Assembly: GCA_002796345.1 (NCBI GenBank)
Contig: PCXC01000081.1
Coordinates: forward strand, 27,314-91,313
Direction: 5' to 3'
From: Deltaproteobacteria bacterium CG11_big_fil_rev_8_21_14_0_20_42_23
GTDB taxonomy: Bacteria; UBA10199; 2-02-FULL-44-16
DNA length: 64,000 bases
Below, in pieces: positions 50,866 through 59,171 of this stretch. Position 1 is the stretch's first letter, and each line of letters opens with the position of its first letter. The position numbers were made by a program, and so were the translations under genes. Below the pieces are notes generated by a model, which did not search any database, had not been told where the DNA came from, and worked only from the letters and a program-made list of their open reading frames with translations.

Positions 50866-52161
50866 TTATTTAAACACCCTTTCAAAGATAGTGTCGACAT
50901 GTCGAAAATGTTTTTCCAAATCAAAAAGTGCATCCACTTGTTTTGGTGTGAGCAGATCTTTTACTTCTGAACTTGCAGCAAGCAAAGTTCTAAAATCTTT
51001 TCCTTCGTTCCACGCTTCTAATGCACAAGACTGCACTACACGATATGCCGTTTCACGTGTCATGCCGTGATCGATCAGTGCCAGCAAAACGCTTTGTGAA
51101 GCATATAGGCCGCGAGTGAGCTCTAAGTTTTTCATCATGTTTTCAGGAAACACGTCTAAGTTTTTCATCACCGAATGCATACGCGCCAACATAAAGTCTA
51201 AAACAATGCAGGCATCCGGGCCAATAACCCGTTCAACAGACGAATGTGAAATATCGCGTTCGTGCCACAAGGCCACATTTTCCATGGCAGAAAGCGCATA
51301 GCCGCGAAGCAATCGCGCAAGACCCGTAACGTTCTCGGTAAGAATGGGGTTGCGTTTATGCGGCATAGCACTTGAACCTTTTTGCCCTTTGCCAAACGCT
51401 TCGGCCACTTCAGAAACTTCTGTGCGCTGAAGGTGACGAATTTCAACTGCAATTTTTTCGAGCGATGCACCAATGTTTGCAAGTGTGGTGAAAAAGAAAG
51501 CATGGCGATCACGTTGAATCACCTGACTTGAAACGGGCGCCGCTTCCAAGTGCAATTGCTTACACACATGGGCTTCGATGTTTGGAGAAATGTGCGCAAA
51601 GGTTCCAACCGCTCCAGAAATTTGCCCAACGGAAATCTGCTTTTGCGCCAAAGCAAAACGTTCTTGATGCCGCTTAAACTCGGCATACCAAATAGCACAC
51701 TTCAAGCCAAAGGTAGTTGGTTCAGCATGAATACCATGCGACCTGCCAATAGTAGGAGTTTTTTTGTACTGAAAAGCTTTTTCTTTCAAGACATCAAGAA
51801 ATGCCTGAAGTGAACTTGAAATAAGAGCTGAAGATTTTTGAAGCTGAGCCGCAAACGCAGTATCAACAAGGTCTGACGACGTCATACCCATGTGAATAAA
51901 ACGAGAATTTGGACCAACTTTTTCGGCAACGGCGGTAAGGAAAGCAATCACATCATGCTTCACTTCGGCCTCGATTTCGGGAATGCGATTTACGTCATAC
52001 TGTGGAGATTTTTGCTTAATTTCAGCAAGGGCATCGGCGGGAATTTTTCCTTCTTGCGCCCAGGCTTCGCAGGCCGCTACTTCAACCGCGAGCCAAGTAT
52101 CGTATTTTGCTTTCTCTGACCAAAGTCTCCCCATCTCTTCACGGGTATATCGTTCTATCAT
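50866..52161 (-). CDS. purB: adenylosuccinate lyase
   Basis: Fumarate-lyase signature GSSAMPHKRNP; 431 aa. Confidence 0.95.
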   Translation of the reverse strand: MIERYTREEMGRLWSEKAKYDTWLAVEVAACEAWAQEGKIPADALAEIKQKSPQYDVNRIPEIEAEVKHDVIAFLTAVAEKVGPNSRFIHMGMTSSDLVDTAFAAQLQKSSALISSSLQAFLDVLKEKAFQYKKTPTIGRSHGIHAEPTTFGLKCAIWYAEFKRHQERFALAQKQISVGQISGAVGTFAHISPNIEAHVCKQLHLEAAPVSSQVIQRDRHAFFFTTLANIGASLEKIAVEIRHLQRTEVSEVAEAFGKGQKGSSAMPHKRNPILTENVTGLARLLRGYALSAMENVALWHERDISHSSVERVIGPDACIVLDFMLARMHSVMKNLDVFPENMMKNLELTRGLYASQSVLLALIDHGMTRETAYRVVQSCALEAWNEGKDFRTLLAASSEVKDLLTPKQVDALFDLEKHFRHVDTIFERVFK

Positions 52162-52297
52162 AAAGTAACCCTTTTAAAATACTGTACAAAAACGTTGTGG
52201 TATATTACAAAATGTCGCTTTCAGGGCCGGGCCTATAACGTATGGGCTGCCCATATGCAAGGTAAACTTAAAGCCTTTTTGGAGCTTTGTACCACCC

Positions 52298-53134
52298 ATG
52301 AAAAAAATAACCCCATTCTTTTTGTTCGCTTCTTTTTCCTTCTTTTTTCTGGCCCCCGCCTTCTCTTTTTCGTCACTTGCGCAGGATGACGAAGAAGTGC
52401 AGCAAGAAAGCCTCGATCAAGAAAACCAAGAACAAGAACCAACTGACGATGATGAAGCAAGCAACACCGATGAAGAAACCTCTTCAAATGAAGACGATCA
52501 GCAAGACGAAGAAGAAACTGACGAAGAAACAGCAGAAGCTAAACCTGAGGCCGATAAAGAAGCCACCGAAGAAAGCGCCAGAAGAAGAAATGTTGTTATC
52601 GATAGTGTGGTCACGCTAAATTATGTTTTCGAAAATTCTGCCAATAGCTTCTTGAACAAATATCACATCCACCTGGAAGGCATTGCCACAGGCTCAACAG
52701 CCGTCATCAAGGGTGAAGCCACCATCACCTGCGAAGCCGAAGGCTTTTTGGCCAAGTGGCCTGGCGGAGAGTGCAAGCTCACGTGCAGCATTCCCAAAGT
52801 TCCGTACGAAATGGCATTTCGTCAAACTGGCGAAGACAAAGGCAGCATAGCCCTTAGATGGAAAACGAATATTTTCGAAACATGGAAATCTGAATGCACC
52901 TTTAAAGAAGCCAACTCAAAACCTTTCGTCACCACCGGCTCTCCAGAACTGTGGCTTGCCAAAGCGCTGAAGCAAGCACGGCCGCCACTTGGCGCCATCG
53001 CCCTCAAACTTGAAAATGATCAAGAAACCACCAGCACCTTTGTGATCAACAAAACAGAACTCGCCGATCCCCCCATCGGAAATGCCGAACTCGAAGGCAC
53101 CGGCGTCATCACCATCAAACCGCCAGAAGAATAA
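52298..53134 (+). CDS. hypothetical secreted protein with highly acidic N-terminal region
   Basis: Signal peptide, then about 90 aa that are over 50% Asp/Glu/Gln (QDDEEVQQESLDQENQEQEPTDDDE...), then a Cys-containing globular C-terminal half. Confidence 0.45.
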   Translation: MKKITPFFLFASFSFFFLAPAFSFSSLAQDDEEVQQESLDQENQEQEPTDDDEASNTDEETSSNEDDQQDEEETDEETAEAKPEADKEATEESARRRNVVIDSVVTLNYVFENSANSFLNKYHIHLEGIATGSTAVIKGEATITCEAEGFLAKWPGGECKLTCSIPKVPYEMAFRQTGEDKGSIALRWKTNIFETWKSECTFKEANSKPFVTTGSPELWLAKALKQARPPLGAIALKLENDQETTSTFVINKTELADPPIGNAELEGTGVITIKPPEE

Positions 53135-53144
53135 GTTCTTAAAA

Positions 53145-53858
53145 TTAATTTTTGAGAAGATGTGCGAAAGGAGTTTGTTGCAGCGCTTCTTTTGTTGTTT
53201 CGCCTAAGGTGAAAAATTGGATGTGATGTTCATTCCAAGCTTGGCCTTTTACTACTGCACAAAAATGATTTACTGCTGATGGGCTGGAAAAGTGGATGTA
53301 GTCTACATCGTCGCCTTGCAGCAATTTTAAAAAAGCCTCTTTATTAAAATCTTTTGGAAACTCGGTTTGATACGCTTCTACAAAAATAATGTTTCCACCT
53401 TTTCGTTTTACGCCATCAATCAAAACATCGCTGCCATCTTTTGCGCGCGGAAAGAGAATTCGTTTTCCTTCAAGGTCAAATTGCTTGAGATGCTGGAGTA
53501 AGCCTTCGCTACTTGAAACAGTTCCCATTTCAATATCTTGCACTCCAAGCTTTTCTAAAAACGCTTTTGTTTGAGGCCCAACCGCAAACACTCTACACGA
53601 AAGCTCTTCCGCCGATGGAGCACTTGGCCTGGTGAAAAAAGCTTCCACTGCAGTTTGGCTGGTGAAGAGCAAGCAATCGTAATCGTGAAGATGCTTTAAC
53701 GCACTATCAAGAGAAGCAAAGTGATCACTTGGTGCTTTTGTTTCCACCAAAGGGATATGAATTATTTTTGCACCTTGAGAAGTGTAATGGTGAAGAAGAT
53801 GCTCCGCCCTTTTTTTTGAGCGTGTAATAAGAATTGTTTTTCCTTGAAGTGATTGCAT
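53145..53858 (-). CDS. hemD: uroporphyrinogen-III synthase
   Basis: HEM4 fold (KTILITRSKKRAEHL...); 237 aa, immediately downstream of hemC. Confidence 0.7.
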   Translation of the reverse strand: MQSLQGKTILITRSKKRAEHLLHHYTSQGAKIIHIPLVETKAPSDHFASLDSALKHLHDYDCLLFTSQTAVEAFFTRPSAPSAEELSCRVFAVGPQTKAFLEKLGVQDIEMGTVSSSEGLLQHLKQFDLEGKRILFPRAKDGSDVLIDGVKRKGGNIIFVEAYQTEFPKDFNKEAFLKLLQGDDVDYIHFSSPSAVNHFCAVVKGQAWNEHHIQFFTLGETTKEALQQTPFAHLLKN

Positions 53859-53864
53859 GTGAGA

Positions 53865-54740
53865 TTAACCTGCAAGTAATTGCTTTCCAATTTTTTCGCC
53901 AAGCTGCAAAGCCTCTTGCAGAGGAGCTTTGGCGCTTTTTTTCACGATGCCTTTTTCCGTGCCCAAAAAAGCATGCAGTGTAATGGCTTCGGCATCGCAC
54001 TCACTAAAAACTCCAAGCGGCGTGTGGCAATCTCCGCTCACTGTTCTCAGCACGGCTCGTTCCGATTCAACCGCAAGCGCTGTGTGCTCATCGTGCAAAC
54101 AAGTGTGCACAAATGAAATAAGTTCGAGATCATCTTGCCGTGCTTCAAGCGCAAGTGCGCCTTGGCCTACTGCGGGAATCATTTCAAACGGATCGAGATA
54201 TGCCGTGATTTTTTCTGTAAGATTCAAACGATGTAAACCTGCTGCTGCTAAAACTAAAGCATCAACTTCGCCCGCTTCAAGTTTTTTAAGACGAGTATCC
54301 ACATTTCCACGCATAGCTACAATCTTGAGATGAGGATAATATTCACGAAGCAAACATTCACGACGTGGACTGGAAGTGCCTACCACAGCTCCTTTTGCAA
54401 GCGATGCAAAAGAATGTGCGTGTGTGCAGACCAAAACATCTCGCACATCTTCGCGCTGCGGAATAGCAATAATTTGAAGCCCATCTGGAAAACCTGCTGG
54501 CACATCTTTCATACTATGAACAGCCAAATCAATTTCTCCCGCAAGCATAGCTTCTTCAATTTCTTTTACAAAAAGACCTTTGCCACCAATGTCTGCAAGT
54601 TTTGTCTCAAGCTTTACATCACCCGTTGTTACAATTTCTTTCAAGCGAACATGTGCACCAGCAGCTCTAAGCAAACCTGCAACCCAGTTACTTTGAGAAA
54701 GAGCAAGTTTTGATTTTCTTGTGCCCAAAACAATGTTCAT
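53865..54740 (-). CDS. hemC: hydroxymethylbilane synthase (porphobilinogen deaminase)
   Basis: N-terminus IVLGTRKSKLALSQS and the dipyrromethane cofactor Cys region. Confidence 0.9.
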   Translation of the reverse strand: MNIVLGTRKSKLALSQSNWVAGLLRAAGAHVRLKEIVTTGDVKLETKLADIGGKGLFVKEIEEAMLAGEIDLAVHSMKDVPAGFPDGLQIIAIPQREDVRDVLVCTHAHSFASLAKGAVVGTSSPRRECLLREYYPHLKIVAMRGNVDTRLKKLEAGEVDALVLAAAGLHRLNLTEKITAYLDPFEMIPAVGQGALALEARQDDLELISFVHTCLHDEHTALAVESERAVLRTVSGDCHTPLGVFSECDAEAITLHAFLGTEKGIVKKSAKAPLQEALQLGEKIGKQLLAG

Positions 54741-54755
54741 CGTTTCCTCAAACTC

Positions 54756-55592
54756 TTATTTGATTTCTTCAACAACACCTTGCAACAACTTCACAACTTT
54801 TGGTGAAGCACTGTTCATGGCGCTCAACACTTCTTCGTGCGTCATCACACCGTCGTGTCTATCGGCAGCAGGATTTGCAACCACATTCAACACCAAAACC
54901 TTCATGCCTAAATAATTTGCAGCAATCACTTCAGGCACAGTTGACATGCCAATGGTATCAGCACCCATAATGCGGTAGGCCTTTATTTCAGCTTTCGTTT
55001 CATAGTTAGGTCCACTCACCGCGATGAACACACCTTCTTTAAGGGGAACGCCTTGTTTTTCTGCAACCGCAGCAGTTACTGCCCGCAAAGCAACATCATA
55101 CGCTTGCGTCATGTTGGGAAATTGATTCTCTTCATGCTGCACCGAAATACCAACAAGTGGATTTACCCCCATCATATTAATATGATCGGTGGTCACCACA
55201 ATATCACCGGGACAAAGATCGTAACGAATACCACCAACGGCATTAGTGCTGATCATCGTTTTGCAACCAAGAGCGGAAAAAACAAAGTAGGGAAACACTA
55301 CTTCTTGCGGAGCGTATCCTGAATACACATGCTGCCGGCCTTGCCGAACCAGCACAGGAACACCTTTCCATTTTCCAAGAATAATTTTTCCACTGTGTCC
55401 TTTTGCACGTGAAACAGGAAAGTGAGGTATATCAACACTTTCCACTACTTGCTTCTCATCTAGCTGCTCTGCAAAGGCATCAAGACCCGCCGACAAAACC
55501 ACCAACAGTTTTGGCTTCAACGTAAAGTGCTTTTCGCACCACGCTGCCGACTCTTTTACATGCTGAAAATAATCTTTATAAAATCCCGCCAC
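54756..55592 (-). CDS. punA: purine nucleoside phosphorylase (PNP/MTAP family)
   Basis: PNP-UDP fold with the phosphate-binding loop and STNAVGGIRYD. Divergent from deoC. Confidence 0.7.
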   Translation of the reverse strand: MAGFYKDYFQHVKESAAWCEKHFTLKPKLLVVLSAGLDAFAEQLDEKQVVESVDIPHFPVSRAKGHSGKIILGKWKGVPVLVRQGRQHVYSGYAPQEVVFPYFVFSALGCKTMISTNAVGGIRYDLCPGDIVVTTDHINMMGVNPLVGISVQHEENQFPNMTQAYDVALRAVTAAVAEKQGVPLKEGVFIAVSGPNYETKAEIKAYRIMGADTIGMSTVPEVIAANYLGMKVLVLNVVANPAADRHDGVMTHEEVLSAMNSASPKVVKLLQGVVEEIK

Positions 55593-55715
55593 AATTCCCC
55601 TCCAACCTTTTAAAACTCCCTTTAATTTTGGCTACCTTTGCTGAAAAAAAATGGAAAACGCAAGACATTTGAAACTACTTGCTTCCAGCACAAAAAAGCA
55701 CTAGGGACGGTGGGC

Positions 55716-56597
55716 ATGAAAATGACCCACGTTGACCAAGTTGGAGTAGAGGCACGCGCGGAACGCCTCTCCACCCGCAGTATCAAAAAAACTGCAAAAC
55801 AAGAAGGCCTCCGTCTTGCGCTCAGCATGATTGACCTCACCACACTAGAAGGCAAAGACAGCGCTGGAAAAGTACGGGCTCTTTGCCACAAGGCCATTCA
55901 TCCACACGAAGGTGTTGCAGGTCTTCCGCATGTTGCCGCTGTGTGTGTGTATCCAAACATGATTCCCGTCGCAAAACGTTGCGTAGCTGGATCTGGCGTT
56001 CACATTGCTTCTGTTGCAACGGGGTTTCCTTCTGGACTTTTTCCTCTTCCCCTTAAACTTCAAGATGTACGCAGCGCGGTTGAAATGGGAGCTGATGAAA
56101 TTGACATGGTGATTGATCGCGGCGCTTTTCTTTCTGGCCAGTACAAAAAAGTTGCTGACGAAATTGGAAAAGTAAAAGAAGCTTGTGGCGATGCACACCT
56201 GAAAGTTATTTTAGAAACCGGCGAACTTGAAACGTATGACAATGTAAGAACCGCAAGCTTCATCGCCATGGAAAATGGTGCAGACTTCATCAAAACTTCC
56301 ACCGGTAAAGTTGGCGTCAATGCTACACTTCCCGTCACCTTGGTCATGCTAGAAGCTATTCGCGACTACTGGTACGAAACCGGAAAAATGATCGGCATGA
56401 AACCAGCCGGTGGTATTCGCACTGCAAAAGATGCGCTAAAATATTTAGTCATGATTAAAGAAACTTTAGGCGATGTATGGCTCACTCCAGACTATTTCCG
56501 TTTTGGAGCATCAACGCTTGCCAATGATCTTCTGATGCAAATTGTAAAAGAAGTTACAGGCCAGTATCAATCTTTAGATTACTTTAGTGTTGCGTAA
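55716..56597 (+). CDS. deoC: deoxyribose-phosphate aldolase (long form)
   Basis: DeoC TIM barrel with the Schiff-base Lys in FIKTSTGK and ALSMIDLTTLEG near the N-terminus. Confidence 0.8.
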   Translation: MKMTHVDQVGVEARAERLSTRSIKKTAKQEGLRLALSMIDLTTLEGKDSAGKVRALCHKAIHPHEGVAGLPHVAAVCVYPNMIPVAKRCVAGSGVHIASVATGFPSGLFPLPLKLQDVRSAVEMGADEIDMVIDRGAFLSGQYKKVADEIGKVKEACGDAHLKVILETGELETYDNVRTASFIAMENGADFIKTSTGKVGVNATLPVTLVMLEAIRDYWYETGKMIGMKPAGGIRTAKDALKYLVMIKETLGDVWLTPDYFRFGASTLANDLLMQIVKEVTGQYQSLDYFSVA

Positions 56598-56638
56598 GCA
56601 TTTTCTCTCAGACGAACAAAAACAACAAAGGTGCTGCA

Positions 56639-58150
56639 ATGAAAAAACAATCCTCAGCAAGAGATCAACACACCACACTCGAAGTCGTTGAACCACGCAA
56701 ACTTTTTTTTGGTGACAAGTGGGATTATGCACCTGCACCTGAATCTACCGATTCGGTTAAGATAAAAAAAGAATACCAACTTTTCATTAATGGAAAATTT
56801 GTAAACGCAAAATCAGGAAAAACATTCAAGAGCATTAATCCCGCCACAGAAAAACTTTTGGCCACTGTAGCTAAAGCTGAAAAAGCTGATGTTGATTTCG
56901 CAGTGAAGTCTGCAAAAAAAGCCTACGACAGCGTGTGGTCAAAAATGAAAGGCAGTGAACGCGCAAAATATATTTTCCGTATCACGCGCATCATTCAAGA
57001 ACGCTCACGTGAGCTTGCTGTTTTGGAAACTTTGGACGGCGGAAAACCTATTCGCGAATCTCGCGACATCGACATTCCTTTAGCTGCTGCACATTTCTTT
57101 TATTATGCCGGTTGGGCTGACAAACTTGATTATGCTTTTCCGGGAAGAAAAACGCATTCGCTTGGAGTGGTTGGACAAATTATTCCGTGGAACTTTCCAC
57201 TTCTTATGGCTGCCTGGAAAATAGCTCCAGCTCTAGCTTGCGGGAACACGGTAGTTTTAAAGCCTGCTGAAACAACTCCCCTTACAGCACTTCACTTGGC
57301 CGAAATCATTCAAGAAGCAGATCTTCCTGCGGGAGTAGTAAATATTCTTCCGGGTTACGGTGATGCCGGCGCTTGTCTTGTAGAACACAACGATATTTCA
57401 AAAATTGCATTCACGGGTTCAACTTCAGTGGGTAAAGCCATCCAACGCTCTATTGCTGGCACAAAGAAAAGACTCACCTTGGAGCTTGGTGGAAAAGCAG
57501 CCAACATTATTTTTGAAGACGCGCCAATCGATCAAGCTATTGAAGGCATCATCAACGGCATTTACTTCAACCAAGGCCACGTCTGCTGCGCTGGTTCGCG
57601 GCTGTTTGTGCAAGAAGGTATTTACGAAACCGTAAAGCGAAAACTTTGGGACAGAATGCAAACACTTCGCGTGGGTGATCCTCTGGATAAAAACACCGAC
57701 GTGGGCGCCATCAACTCACACATGCAACTTGAAAAAATTAAAGAACTGGTTGCAAGTGGAAAAGCTGAAGGCGCAAAACTTCAGCAAATAAACTGCACGC
57801 TTCCTGAAAAAGGGTTTTGGTATCCGCCCAGTTTCTTCACGGATGTGTCACCTGCTCATCGCGTGGCGCAGGAAGAAATTTTTGGCCCAGTGCTTTCTAT
57901 TTTAACATTTAGAACTCCCGAGGAAGTCATCGAACGGGCAAATGCCACCCCATACGGTTTATCGGCCGGCATCTGGACTGACAAAGGCTCAAAAGTTTTC
58001 CATATTGCAAACCAAATGCGCGCTGGCGTTGTGTGGGCAAATACCTACAACCAATTTGACCCTACCTCACCTTTTGGCGGTTACAAAGAAAGTGGTTTTG
58101 GACGCGAAGGTGGTTTGCATGGATTGCTTCCCTACTTGGAGCTTACATAA
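56639..58150 (+). CDS. NAD(P)-dependent aldehyde dehydrogenase
   Basis: Complete ALDH: IPWNFPL, GSTSVGKAI, LELGGKAANII (catalytic Glu), and FNQGHVCCAGSR (catalytic Cys). Confidence 0.85.
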   Translation: MKKQSSARDQHTTLEVVEPRKLFFGDKWDYAPAPESTDSVKIKKEYQLFINGKFVNAKSGKTFKSINPATEKLLATVAKAEKADVDFAVKSAKKAYDSVWSKMKGSERAKYIFRITRIIQERSRELAVLETLDGGKPIRESRDIDIPLAAAHFFYYAGWADKLDYAFPGRKTHSLGVVGQIIPWNFPLLMAAWKIAPALACGNTVVLKPAETTPLTALHLAEIIQEADLPAGVVNILPGYGDAGACLVEHNDISKIAFTGSTSVGKAIQRSIAGTKKRLTLELGGKAANIIFEDAPIDQAIEGIINGIYFNQGHVCCAGSRLFVQEGIYETVKRKLWDRMQTLRVGDPLDKNTDVGAINSHMQLEKIKELVASGKAEGAKLQQINCTLPEKGFWYPPSFFTDVSPAHRVAQEEIFGPVLSILTFRTPEEVIERANATPYGLSAGIWTDKGSKVFHIANQMRAGVVWANTYNQFDPTSPFGGYKESGFGREGGLHGLLPYLELT

Positions 58151-58179
58151 CTTTTTTGCTGAAAAAAAATGGAGTAACT

Positions 58180-59055
58180 ATGAGCAGAATTCCCGTGAAC
58201 AAAACGTATAAACTTTACATTGGAGGAAAATTTCCTCGCACCGAAAGTGCGCGCTCTTTAAAAGTATGCGCCGCCGATGGAAGCTTTTTAGCCAATGCAT
58301 GTCACGGTTCCAAAAAAGATATTCGTGACGCTGTAGTAGCTGCTAGAAAGGCGTTTCCTGACTGGTCTAAAAAATCTGCTTATAATCGCGGCCAAATTTT
58401 GTACCGCATTGCCGAAATTCTTGAGAGTCGAAAAGAAACTTTTTTGCATGAACTCATGGCACAAACTGGCGCCACAAAAGCTGCAGCCAATCAAGAAATT
58501 TCAAAGTCAATTGATCGCCTCATTTGGTATGCAGGTTGGTCTGATAAATTCATGCAGATTTTTTCTTCCATCAATCCCGTTGCCGGAAATTACTGGAACT
58601 TCACTTATCCCGATGCCACAGGTGTAGTGGGAATTGTTGCGCCAAACGAAGCTCCTTTACTTGCTTTGGTTTCAAAAATTGCACCTTGCATTGTAAGCGG
58701 AAATACTTGCGTTGTTATCGCTTCAGAAAAGTTTCCCCTTTCATCCATCAGCCTTGCGGAAGTGCTTGTAGCATCTGATGTTCCTGGCGGCGTTGTCAAT
58801 ATCATCACCGGAATCACAAGTGAACTTGCACCACATCTTGCTTCGCATATGGATGTAAATGCAGTTGATTACTCTGGCCAAGATGAAAAACTGATTGCCT
58901 CACTTCAAAATCTTGGAGCTGAAAATGTAAAACGCGTGCACATTAAACGTACACCATGCAAACAAGAATGGCTTGATGATCAAAAAGCACAAAGCCCCTA
59001 CTTCATTCAAGACTTGGTAGAATACAAAACTGCATGGCATCCAGTTGGGGTTTAA
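58180..59055 (+). CDS. truncated aldehyde-dehydrogenase-like protein (N-terminal/NAD-binding half only)
   Basis: It aligns with the upstream ALDH over about 230 aa (YKLYIGGKF.., WYAGWSDKF, VAPNEAPLL, NAVDYSG) and then diverges into an unrelated 60 aa tail. It lacks the catalytic Glu/Cys domain. GGAG RBS before the ATG. Confidence 0.55.
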   Translation: MSRIPVNKTYKLYIGGKFPRTESARSLKVCAADGSFLANACHGSKKDIRDAVVAARKAFPDWSKKSAYNRGQILYRIAEILESRKETFLHELMAQTGATKAAANQEISKSIDRLIWYAGWSDKFMQIFSSINPVAGNYWNFTYPDATGVVGIVAPNEAPLLALVSKIAPCIVSGNTCVVIASEKFPLSSISLAEVLVASDVPGGVVNIITGITSELAPHLASHMDVNAVDYSGQDEKLIASLQNLGAENVKRVHIKRTPCKQEWLDDQKAQSPYFIQDLVEYKTAWHPVGV

Positions 59056-59171
59056 GTTTGTGGAGGTATTGTTTCTCACCTGCCAATACTCTAACTCCCC
59101 CTGACCCCCTCTTAACCTAAGAGGGGAAAAACCATTGAACCATTGTGCTATCGCACTATACAGGAGGAAAA

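Noticed and set aside
52162-52297. Purine riboswitch upstream of purB
   Set aside because: The minus-strand leader lacks the conserved J1-2 UAUA / L2 AUAUGG / J2-3 GUUUCUACC / J3-1 ACUAUG arrangement. It has only a short palindrome.
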